Shown: one piece after another, positions 9,792-17,381 of the stretch
Layout of the letters: each line of letters opens with the position of its first letter
Numbering within the stretch: position 1 is the stretch's first letter
Assembly: GCA_016218475.1 (NCBI GenBank)
Contig: JACREB010000061.1
Location: 1-47,524, forward strand
Origin: Nitrosomonadales bacterium
GTDB lineage: Bacteria > Pseudomonadota > Gammaproteobacteria > Burkholderiales > Gallionellaceae
Length of the DNA: 47,524 nt
Direction: 5' to 3'
Notes under the pieces: generated by a model
The model's input: only the letters and a program-made list of their open reading frames with translations
What the model was told of the DNA's origin: nothing
The model's database searches: none
Translations under genes and position numbers: made by a program

Positions 9792-9908
9792 ATGAAAGCT
9801 TATCTTTTGCCGTTTGCCGGTGCATTTGTTGTCTTTGTCCTCGTATTTTTTGCCCTGGATTTTTCCATGATGAAACTTCAGGGATTGACGCTGATATATC
9901 ACCATTAA
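9792..9908 (+). CDS. Small single-TM peptide (38 aa, MKAYLLPFAGAFVVFVLVFFALDFSMMKLQGLTLIYHH)
   Basis: Translated by hand; starts 4 nt after the previous stop; one TM helix. Confidence 0.55.
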   Translation: MKAYLLPFAGAFVVFVLVFFALDFSMMKLQGLTLIYHH

Positions 9909-9942
9909 GGTACGCGCAGGCGTTCATAAACAGGAGTAGATC

Positions 9943-11877
9943 TTGCTAAAACGGAATATAAGAATAATCGGAGGAGCGTTTTTATTGGCAATTTTTGCCA
10001 TGTTTACCCTTCCCGTTTTTATGCCTGCCGCAAGCGCATCCGAGGCGGCAGCACCCGCAGCGGCGGTTCCAGCGGCAGCTTCAGCTCCGGCACCTGCAGC
10101 GGCGGTTCCAGCGGCAGCTTCAGCTGCAGCAGCAGAGGCTCCAGCGACTGCACCGGCAGCAGCTAAAACGGTCGCTGTTCCGGACGCCAAGGCGGTAACG
10201 TACCCGCCCGCGCCAAAATTGACCGAGGCGGATTATCCGACCATCAAGGGCGTAAATTCCCGTATAGCGGTATGGCTTGTTGCGCAGTTGCACCTTTGGT
10301 TCGGGGCTTTTGTCGTGGCGGTGCCGATGTTTGTGTTTATCATCGAGGCTATCGGCATGGCGACCAGGGATGAACGCTATGACAACATGGCTTACGAGTT
10401 CATCAAGGTCAGCATCACCGCCTACTCTCTCACCGCGCTTCTGGGCGGTTTGCTATCCTTCAGCCTGGTTCTCTTCTATCCGGATCTGTTCAAGTATCTG
10501 TCCATGATTTTCAAGGACAGCATGTTCGCGTATGCGCTGTTGTTCTTCGCTGAAAGTGCTGCCCTGTATATCTACTATTACGGCTGGCATTGGCTTCAGG
10601 GCGGAAACAAGAAATGGGTACATCTGACCTTCGGGTTGTTGCTCAATGCGGTCGGATGCCTGCTGATGTTCCTGGCAAATTCATGGACGACCTTCATGAT
10701 GAGCCCGGCGGCCGTGGATGCGGCGGGTGTGTTCAACGGGAATACATGGGCTGCGATCCACAATTTCCTGTGGAACCCGCTCAACATACACCGGGTGGTC
10801 GCCAATGTGGCGTATGGGGGCTCGGTGGTAGGCGCCTATGCGGCCTTCAAGTTCCTCAGCGCCAAGAACAAGGAAGAGCGCGCCCATTATGACTGGATGG
10901 GTTTTAACGCCAACTTTATCGCCATCTCCGCGCTGTTGCCGTTGCCTTTCGCCGGTTATTATCTCACCGCCGAATTGTATGCCTATAGCCAGCAGATGGG
11001 CATTACCCTGATGGGCGGCGTGTTTGCCTGGCTGTTCATCATCCAGGCGGTGCTGATCGGCGCCCTGTTCCTGTCGGCCAACTACTATCTCTGGTGCGGC
11101 ATGGGGCGCAGCGAAGGCGCTTATCGCTACAATCCCAGGATCAAATACATCGCCATCGTCATCGTGGTCGCCTTCCTGGTGTGGTTTACGCCGCATACCC
11201 TGGTGCTCACCAATGCCGAACTCAAGAGTCTCGGCGGACCCTACCATCAGTATCTGGGGGTGTTGGGCATCATGCCGGCAAAAAATACGGCGGTGAACTT
11301 CTTGCTCGCGTTTACCTTCCTGAGTTTCATGTATTACCGGCGCGCCAATAAAATCGCCACCGTATCCTGGGCGACAACGGGCAACGCAATACAGATTGCG
11401 CTGTTCGCCGCAGGCCTCCTCAATATCGTAATATTGGGTGTCTATCACGGCTATTTCACCAATACGGTGTACAAGGTGGCGGCCTCCATACCGCAGGTTC
11501 TGACCACCTTGGTCATTATTGTTGCCAGCACGGTCATAGACGCGTTCATGTACAAGGGCGCGAAAGAAGTGGCGCCGATGCGCTGGGGACGCATGCCGGA
11601 TCGCTCCCAATATGCATTGTTCCTGCTGGCGGTATCCTTCACCTGGCTCATGGGGCTGATGGGCTATGTGCGCTCCGGCATCCGGCAGCATTGGCATGTG
11701 TCGGGCATCTTCCGGGACAGTTCTCCCGATGCATTTACTCCGGGCTTGGGTTATGCGGCCAACATCGTGTCGATCGGGACTATCCTGTTCATGGCCATGG
11801 TCATTTTCGTCTTCTGGCTGAGCACGATCAGTGGCCGGCACGCTGTTGTTAAAGGGTATTGGAAGGAACAGGCATGA
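9943..11877 (+). CDS. Cytochrome bd subunit I-like (CydA superfamily, non-quinol 'bd-like' type) membrane protein
   Basis: AGGAG RBS with TTG start; QLHLWF (H19 equivalent), FFAES (E107), NSWTTFMMSP, NIHR (H186), C-terminal IRQHW (GRQPW equivalent); many TM helices. Confidence 0.8.
   Translation: MLKRNIRIIGGAFLLAIFAMFTLPVFMPAASASEAAAPAAAVPAAASAPAPAAAVPAAASAAAAEAPATAPAAAKTVAVPDAKAVTYPPAPKLTEADYPTIKGVNSRIAVWLVAQLHLWFGAFVVAVPMFVFIIEAIGMATRDERYDNMAYEFIKVSITAYSLTALLGGLLSFSLVLFYPDLFKYLSMIFKDSMFAYALLFFAESAALYIYYYGWHWLQGGNKKWVHLTFGLLLNAVGCLLMFLANSWTTFMMSPAAVDAAGVFNGNTWAAIHNFLWNPLNIHRVVANVAYGGSVVGAYAAFKFLSAKNKEERAHYDWMGFNANFIAISALLPLPFAGYYLTAELYAYSQQMGITLMGGVFAWLFIIQAVLIGALFLSANYYLWCGMGRSEGAYRYNPRIKYIAIVIVVAFLVWFTPHTLVLTNAELKSLGGPYHQYLGVLGIMPAKNTAVNFLLAFTFLSFMYYRRANKIATVSWATTGNAIQIALFAAGLLNIVILGVYHGYFTNTVYKVAASIPQVLTTLVIIVASTVIDAFMYKGAKEVAPMRWGRMPDRSQYALFLLAVSFTWLMGLMGYVRSGIRQHWHVSGIFRDSSPDAFTPGLGYAANIVSIGTILFMAMVIFVFWLSTISGRHAVVKGYWKEQA
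10051..10125 (+). repeat. In-frame tandem duplication (39-bp period) encoding an Ala/Pro linker
   Basis: GCACC(C/T)GCAGCGGCGGTTCCAGCGGCAGCTTCAGCT occurs twice. Confidence 0.8.
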
Positions 11878-12428
11878 TTAATTTTCTCAAGGTCTCCGTC
11901 TTCAGCCTGTTGATGGTAGGAGCATTTTGGGGGTTCTCCAATTTTGGAATTCCCCAGATCAAACCTGCTGATCCCCCGGGAGAGGCGAAAATAGATCTCA
12001 GCAACATGACCATGGAAAAGTTCATCGCACTGGGCGCGGATCTTTTCGAAAACAAAGGGGATTGCGCGCTGTGCCACACCGGTCGCCGGGCGCCGAAACT
12101 GAACAAGGTTGCCGCTAATGCTGATAAAGCCATGAAGGATCCTGCTTACAAAGGCACGGCCAAGACGGTCGAGGAATACCTTCGTGAGTCAATGTTGAAG
12201 CCATCGCTCTATGTGGTTCCGGGATTCGGCAAGAAGGGCACCAACGATACCGAAAGCCCCATGCCGGATATTATGGGCGCGAAAGTCGGTTTTAATGAAA
12301 TCGAGGTTTTGGCTGCCATCGCCTATATTCAGGATTTGAGCGGCAGTGAAATAACGGTTCAAATCCCGAAGCCGGGAGCTGCCCCCAAAGCCCCGGAAGC
12401 TTCGAAGGCGGGAGATTGTAAAAAGTGA
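11874..12428 (+). CDS. Membrane-anchored monoheme cytochrome c
   Basis: ATGA overlap with the bd-like gene; N-terminal TM; CALCH; EYLRES..P..YVV.GF...SPMP. Confidence 0.8.
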   Translation: MINFLKVSVFSLLMVGAFWGFSNFGIPQIKPADPPGEAKIDLSNMTMEKFIALGADLFENKGDCALCHTGRRAPKLNKVAANADKAMKDPAYKGTAKTVEEYLRESMLKPSLYVVPGFGKKGTNDTESPMPDIMGAKVGFNEIEVLAAIAYIQDLSGSEITVQIPKPGAAPKAPEASKAGDCKK

Positions 12429-12568
12429 CAACATTAAACAAATTGACCCTCGCCAAAGGCGTGGAAATACCTGAACCTGCCGCAGGCAAGATGCCCGGGA
12501 TGTACGGTGAGCAATTGAAAGCGAAGGAGCTTGAGATGCTGGTGAATTACTTGGCAGGATTGAAATGA
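12425..12568 (+). CDS. 47-aa ORF resembling the heme-less C-terminal half of a cytochrome c domain
   Basis: GTG overlaps the previous TGA; GGAG RBS; stop overlaps the next ATG; KMPGMYGEQLKAKELEMLVNYL. Confidence 0.45.
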   Translation: MTTLNKLTLAKGVEIPEPAAGKMPGMYGEQLKAKELEMLVNYLAGLK

Positions 12569-13350
12569 CCATGACACAAAAAAGACGCATTCCCCGCTTG
12601 TTGCAGTTTGCCCTGATAGTGCTTGGGGTTTATTTCAGCTTCATTCTGGTTTTCGATGTGCTGCTGGGCCAGTTGGTACCCAAGAGCCTGCTCACCATGT
12701 ATATGGTCTTCGTGGTGTCCGGGGTGGTTATGGTGTTCACCTTCACCGAAGAGAGCACGCAGGAACTGGTAGGCCCCATCAAGGCGCTGGTCGAGGATCC
12801 ATCCAAGAAAATGCTGCGGAATGTGGTGTTTGCCATTGTTCCGTTGTTGGCGGGCTACTATACGTACTCAAGCATGGTGCCCAGCTTCGAAGCGCCGGTG
12901 GAACTGCGCACCATCCACCCTGCGCCGCCGGCCAAGTTCAAGGCATTTGGCAAGAGCTTTGACCTCACGGCCCTGGAGAATCCATTTCGCAAATACGAAA
13001 AGGAAGATCCGGCAAAGTTCAAGGAATTAGTCAAGGCTGGCGGGGATGTTTACATCAAGAACTGCCAGTACTGCCACGGCGATAAATTGGATGGCAGGGG
13101 TCCTTACGCATCGGGCCTGAATCCCACCCCCCTCAATTTCCAGGACGTGGGCACCATCGCACAATTGCAGGAATCCTTCCTGTTCTGGCGTATTGCTACC
13201 GGTGGTCCGGGTCTGCCTGCCGAGGCTGCCCCGTGGATTTCATCCATGCCTGTCTGGCAGAATTTCCTGACCGAGGATGAGATATGGGAAGTAATTCTGT
13301 TCTTGTATAACTATACCGGCAGACAACCAAGGTCGTGGGCACATGAATAA
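12565..13350 (+). CDS. Multi-TM membrane cytochrome c
   Basis: Three N-terminal hydrophobic segments; CQYCH; distal SSMPVW. Confidence 0.8.
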   Translation: MTMTQKRRIPRLLQFALIVLGVYFSFILVFDVLLGQLVPKSLLTMYMVFVVSGVVMVFTFTEESTQELVGPIKALVEDPSKKMLRNVVFAIVPLLAGYYTYSSMVPSFEAPVELRTIHPAPPAKFKAFGKSFDLTALENPFRKYEKEDPAKFKELVKAGGDVYIKNCQYCHGDKLDGRGPYASGLNPTPLNFQDVGTIAQLQESFLFWRIATGGPGLPAEAAPWISSMPVWQNFLTEDEIWEVILFLYNYTGRQPRSWAHE

Positions 13351-14899
13351 TCCTCGTTTGGGAATAATAATGAGTTCTGTAAATAAACTGGCCATCCTAA
13401 CCTTCTGTACCGCGTTATTGATGGCGGGGACGGCGGCAGCAAAACCCGGCACCGCCGCCAAGGGCAAGGAGATATACGACAAGCGTTGCGTTTGGTGCCA
13501 CGGTGCGGAGGGCGACGGCGCGGGCGCGGCCCAAGACCGGCTCATGCCGCCGCCGCGTGACTTTACGTCCGGCAATTACAAGATCAGGACTTCCAATTTC
13601 GATGACATGGTGCCCAGCGATGACGACGTGTTTCGCATGATACGCGATGGCATGCCGGGTACCGCCATGCCGGGCTGGAGCAGCTTGCTGGCAGAACAGG
13701 ATATGTGGGATCTGGCGGCTTACGTCAAGACCTTCGCCAAATACGATAAACCGCCCGGCAAACTGGTGGACTTCGGCACCCAGATCGCGAGTTCGGCCGA
13801 GAGCATCGAGAAGGGCAAGAAGCTGTTTGAAGAGGGTGACCGATGCGTGGAATGCCATGGCAAGAGCGGCAAGGGCAGCGCCAGCAAGCGGCTCAAGGGA
13901 GATGCCGGCGAGCGCACATGGCCGCGCAACCTGACCAAGCCGTGGACCTTCCGGGGCAGCAACGACCCCAAAGACATTTTCACGCGCATTTCCACCGGCA
14001 TCGCCGGCACGGAGATGCCGTCCTTCGCGGATCCCAAGAGCAAGAAGAAGCTCAGTATCGAGGAGCGCTGGCACGTGGCCAACTATGTGGCGTCCCTGGC
14101 CAAGACCGACAAGCAAGTCAATGCGGAAAACACTGTTATCAAGGCGGATAAGGTGGAGGGCGAATTGCCCGGCACCCCGGATGATGCGCGCTGGGAAAAA
14201 TCCACGCCGACCACTTTTTATCTGGTTCCCCAGATTATCGGAGAGGAGCGTTATTTCAAGCCTTCCAATGACACCATCTCGGTGCGCGCGCTGTATAGCG
14301 ACAAGGCGGTTGCGATGTTGCTGGAATGGGATGATCGCACCAAGAGCATTCCCGGCGACGAAAACGCGGAAAAACTCGCCGATGCGCCAATTGAGGAAGA
14401 CGGCGTCGCAATTCAACTGCCTGTCATCATTCCCAAGGAAATGCAAAAACCTTATTTCGGTATGGGCGATGCGTCAAATCCGGTGAATATCTGGCACTGG
14501 AAGAGCGGAACAAAGGATGGTGCGGAAAGCGTTAACATTCTCAACAGCAAAGGCTTCAAGGAGATCGAAAAACGCGATGCGGCCGGCGTCGGGCTCAAGG
14601 CAAAGGCGAGTTATAACGACGGCACATGGAAAGTGTTGGTAACACGCCCGCTCGCTACGTCTACTCCGGAAAAGGACATCCAGTTCGTCGAGGGTAAATT
14701 TATCCCCGTTGCCTTTGCGGCCTGGGACGGCAGCAATAACAGCGAAAAGGGTTCGAAGCACACCATGACTACCTGGTACTGGCTGTTCTTGAAACCGGCA
14801 ACCGGATCCAAGCCTCTCATTACGGCGTTGGTGGTCGCGGGACTGTTTTTAGGCGGCCTGCTCTGGTGGGCGCGTAGCGCCAGAAAACCCGCTGGCTGA
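13343..14899 (+). CDS. Diheme cytochrome c fused to an ethylbenzene-dehydrogenase-gamma-like (EB_dh) heme-b domain
   Basis: Signal peptide (alternative start 13370); CVWCH, CVECH; PYFGMGD, VNIWHWK, AFAAWDG..EKGSK; C-terminal TM anchor. Confidence 0.8.
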   Translation: MNNPRLGIIMSSVNKLAILTFCTALLMAGTAAAKPGTAAKGKEIYDKRCVWCHGAEGDGAGAAQDRLMPPPRDFTSGNYKIRTSNFDDMVPSDDDVFRMIRDGMPGTAMPGWSSLLAEQDMWDLAAYVKTFAKYDKPPGKLVDFGTQIASSAESIEKGKKLFEEGDRCVECHGKSGKGSASKRLKGDAGERTWPRNLTKPWTFRGSNDPKDIFTRISTGIAGTEMPSFADPKSKKKLSIEERWHVANYVASLAKTDKQVNAENTVIKADKVEGELPGTPDDARWEKSTPTTFYLVPQIIGEERYFKPSNDTISVRALYSDKAVAMLLEWDDRTKSIPGDENAEKLADAPIEEDGVAIQLPVIIPKEMQKPYFGMGDASNPVNIWHWKSGTKDGAESVNILNSKGFKEIEKRDAAGVGLKAKASYNDGTWKVLVTRPLATSTPEKDIQFVEGKFIPVAFAAWDGSNNSEKGSKHTMTTWYWLFLKPATGSKPLITALVVAGLFLGGLLWWARSARKPAG

Positions 14900-14924
14900 C
14901 GCAGCCATTTCATAAGGACATACC

Positions 14925-15131
14925 GTGGAAGAGTATGGCAGGCAAGGCGTGAAGACCAGGCTATTGGGTTTTATCCTGATGGCGCTGGGGGTGCTGGATA
15001 GCTTGTTGACCTTGCGTGGCGGGGTGCCTGCTTATGAGTATCTGCTCCTCATTTTATTCGGGGCATGCGTATTCGCCATCGGTGCGGTTCGTGGCGGGCG
15101 GCGATCGCCCGCCGAAGCGGCAGAAGTGTAA
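14925..15131 (+). CDS. Small two-TM membrane protein
   Basis: AAGGA RBS; GTG start; two hydrophobic segments. Confidence 0.55.
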   Translation: MEEYGRQGVKTRLLGFILMALGVLDSLLTLRGGVPAYEYLLLILFGACVFAIGAVRGGRRSPAEAAEV

Positions 15132-15199
15132 GTTACAGGAACACCGAAGCCGGAATTACCCTGCCTGTCCCGGCAGGTGAAAATTTTTTCGTTCCCCTC

Positions 15200-15228
15200 T
15201 TGACGGTAGCGTTTACTTTAGGCATGAT
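15200..15228 (+). promoter_or_regulatory. Putative sigma70 promoter upstream of the NosZ-like gene
   Basis: TTGACG-17 nt-CATGAT. Confidence 0.45.
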
Positions 15229-15262
15229 GCGACAAAATGCCGCAGATGCGACAAAATGACAC
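15226..15262. promoter_or_regulatory. Tandem RegA/RegR/PrrA-type boxes
   Basis: GCGAC-AAAAT-GCCGC (15229-15243) is the reverse complement of the RegR box GCGGC-N5-GTCGC; a second, degenerate copy lies 19 bp downstream. Confidence 0.55.
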
Positions 15263-15586
15263 GGTTTTACAAGCAAACATGGGGAAGTCATTTCCCTGAT
15301 AAAAACAGAAGTATTTAGCTGGAAAAGAGGCTGCTGCCGTAATTGTTTCCTGGTTGACCCGCCGTAACGCCGTTTTGATCTTCCATCCGGGAGATGAGCG
15401 GGTCTGACGGTCAGCGTGTGATTGATCTGGTTTGGTTGCGATGGAATGTACAGTATCAAAGCGTTTCTTGATGAGGCGCATGCAGCAAGTGAGAGCAAGA
15501 GCAGTGTCCAAGAAAGTTCTGGGTTGAAGGTCGGCGTTGCATTACGCTATCCTATTATTAAGCAGTTGCGTATAAGGGGAGTAATA

Positions 15587-17341
15587 ATGAAGAGCAAATA
15601 CAAGTTTTTAGTGGTAAGCGCCCTATCGGCGAGTTGTTTGTTATCCGGGGTAGCCAACGCTGCGGATAAACCGGAGGTTATTCCAGGATGGCAGAATGCG
15701 GTTCCGGATGGCAAGGATACGCCGCTCCATGACCCGATGATCCTGTACTCGTCCGGCGGTGTGGACGGCAAGATGGCGATTATCGGTATTCCCAGTTTCA
15801 AGACCTATCGCCACGTTGATTGCGGTGTCGACACGCACGAAATTTCATTCGGCGGAAGCAACAAGGGCAACAAGAACGGAACGCCGGACGGCAAATACGT
15901 TTACCTGAACGACAAGGGCGCCAACACGGTTTGCGAGTTCGATATTCAAACAGGCTATCTGGCAAGAGTCATCGCGCTGCCTTTCCCGTTCGGGGTTCAC
16001 CATATCGCAATGAGCACCGATGGCAAGAACCTGTTTGCAACGGGTGAATATAGCGGCAAGATGCTCAAATTGGACATCAAATCAGGCAAAGCCGAAGTGA
16101 TCGACTGGGGTCCTTCCCCGAGCGCCCCTGACTACATCGATGCCACCCGGAATGGCAAGTATGTTTTCGCGGGCAACTATTACCACTCCACCGTGGGTGT
16201 GTTTTCCACCAGCCCTTTCAAGCTGATCAAGGAAATACCGGTGGGCAAGAACCCGCATGGTACGGACATCAATCCGGAAAGCACCATGGTGGTAGTGAGC
16301 GACAAGCTCTCGGCGACCATGACTGTCATCGACGTCGATAAGCTGGCGGTAAAGAAAGTAATCCCGACCTGTGCGGGTCCCCTGCACTCGGTAATGGACG
16401 TGTATAACAAGGATGGCGGTTCCTACAGGGCTGGTCAAGATAGCCCCGATGGCCTGACTTCCAAGTATGTCTACGAGAGCTGCTTCGTGGCGGATGCGAA
16501 CGTGAAGGTGTCTTACGCAAAGCTTGAGGTGGTTGACGAAATTCCAACCCACTATAGAACGGGCCATATTTCCATCAGCCCGGACAACTCCTACGTGTTG
16601 TCTTTGAACAAGTTTTCAACGGGTCTGTTCAGCCCGACGGGTATCGTATTCCCGGTTAACTTCGAGATGTGGGATGCGCGGGAGAAGAGTCCGACCTACG
16701 GCAAGACCTTGAAGATCATGCCGGTGGACGGTGAGCCGCATAACGCCAAGGGTCTGATGGCTTATCTGGTCAAGGATTGGACCAAGGGCCAGGCGGAGCA
16801 GGGCGGGTTGGTCGATAAGAGAGTGGATTTGCTCGACCCTCCTCACAGAGCGCTCTCGAAGAGGTACTTTATACCCAAGGAAACCACTCCACCGGGTGTC
16901 AAGGTTGTTGATGGCGTCAAGGAAGTTCACATGAAGGCTTTCAGCTACGGCTACATTCCCCGGCAGGTGAGGGTGAACAAGGGCGATAAGGTGCGCTTGT
17001 TTGCCACCAATATCGACAAGGCGGCAGGTATCACCAAGAACCCTGATGTCACCATGGGCTTGACCATCTATGGCCCTTACGGTCAAAGGTCCAATATGGA
17101 TCTGCCGCGCGGGGTGACCACAGTGCATGAATTTACTGCGGATATTGCCGGCGAATATGAAATCTTCTGTACGCACTTCTGCGGACCGTTGCATCTGGAA
17201 ATGAGAGCAGCGTTCTTTGTTGACGATCCCAAGAAGGGGCCTTCCAATCTTGCTAACGGTGACTATGCCGCAGCGCAGAAACTGCCAGGCTTGTTGGAAG
17301 AGGGTCAGCTAACAGTTGCGGAACGCGCAAAGGGTCTGTAA
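15587..17341 (+). CDS. Divergent nitrous-oxide-reductase-like multicopper protein (beta-propeller plus CuA-type cupredoxin)
   Basis: Sec signal; NosZ-colinear motifs SGG..G...IGIPS, DGKYVYLNDK, KNPHG, GPLH, HYRTGH, LNKFS, EPH; C-terminal CTHFCGPLHLEM. Confidence 0.8.
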   Translation: MKSKYKFLVVSALSASCLLSGVANAADKPEVIPGWQNAVPDGKDTPLHDPMILYSSGGVDGKMAIIGIPSFKTYRHVDCGVDTHEISFGGSNKGNKNGTPDGKYVYLNDKGANTVCEFDIQTGYLARVIALPFPFGVHHIAMSTDGKNLFATGEYSGKMLKLDIKSGKAEVIDWGPSPSAPDYIDATRNGKYVFAGNYYHSTVGVFSTSPFKLIKEIPVGKNPHGTDINPESTMVVVSDKLSATMTVIDVDKLAVKKVIPTCAGPLHSVMDVYNKDGGSYRAGQDSPDGLTSKYVYESCFVADANVKVSYAKLEVVDEIPTHYRTGHISISPDNSYVLSLNKFSTGLFSPTGIVFPVNFEMWDAREKSPTYGKTLKIMPVDGEPHNAKGLMAYLVKDWTKGQAEQGGLVDKRVDLLDPPHRALSKRYFIPKETTPPGVKVVDGVKEVHMKAFSYGYIPRQVRVNKGDKVRLFATNIDKAAGITKNPDVTMGLTIYGPYGQRSNMDLPRGVTTVHEFTADIAGEYEIFCTHFCGPLHLEMRAAFFVDDPKKGPSNLANGDYAAAQKLPGLLEEGQLTVAERAKGL

Positions 17342-17381
17342 TTTACTCTATTGTGCACAGATGAATTTAGGGAGATCGAAA

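Noticed and set aside
10681-11841. Long antisense ORFs (also 13415-14446, 19240-20373, 25899-26816, 37944-39417, 39445-40410)
   Set aside because: They shadow well-supported genes in GC-rich codon-biased DNA and carry no recognisable motifs
9943-11877. Calling this cydA of a standard bd quinol oxidase or a heme-copper oxidase/NorB
   Set aside because: No cydB or Q-loop motif; the heme-copper signatures (HPxVY and the adjacent HH pair) are absent
15350-15435. FNR/DNR boxes upstream of the NosZ-like gene
   Set aside because: Only TTGAT/TTGAC half-sites occur, without a matching ATCAA at the 4-nt spacing
15587-17341. Calling this canonical nosZ or a cytochrome cd1 nitrite reductase
   Set aside because: DxHH and the first CuA His are altered and no nos accessory genes are present; there is no CxxCH domain or nir heme d1 gene set for NirS
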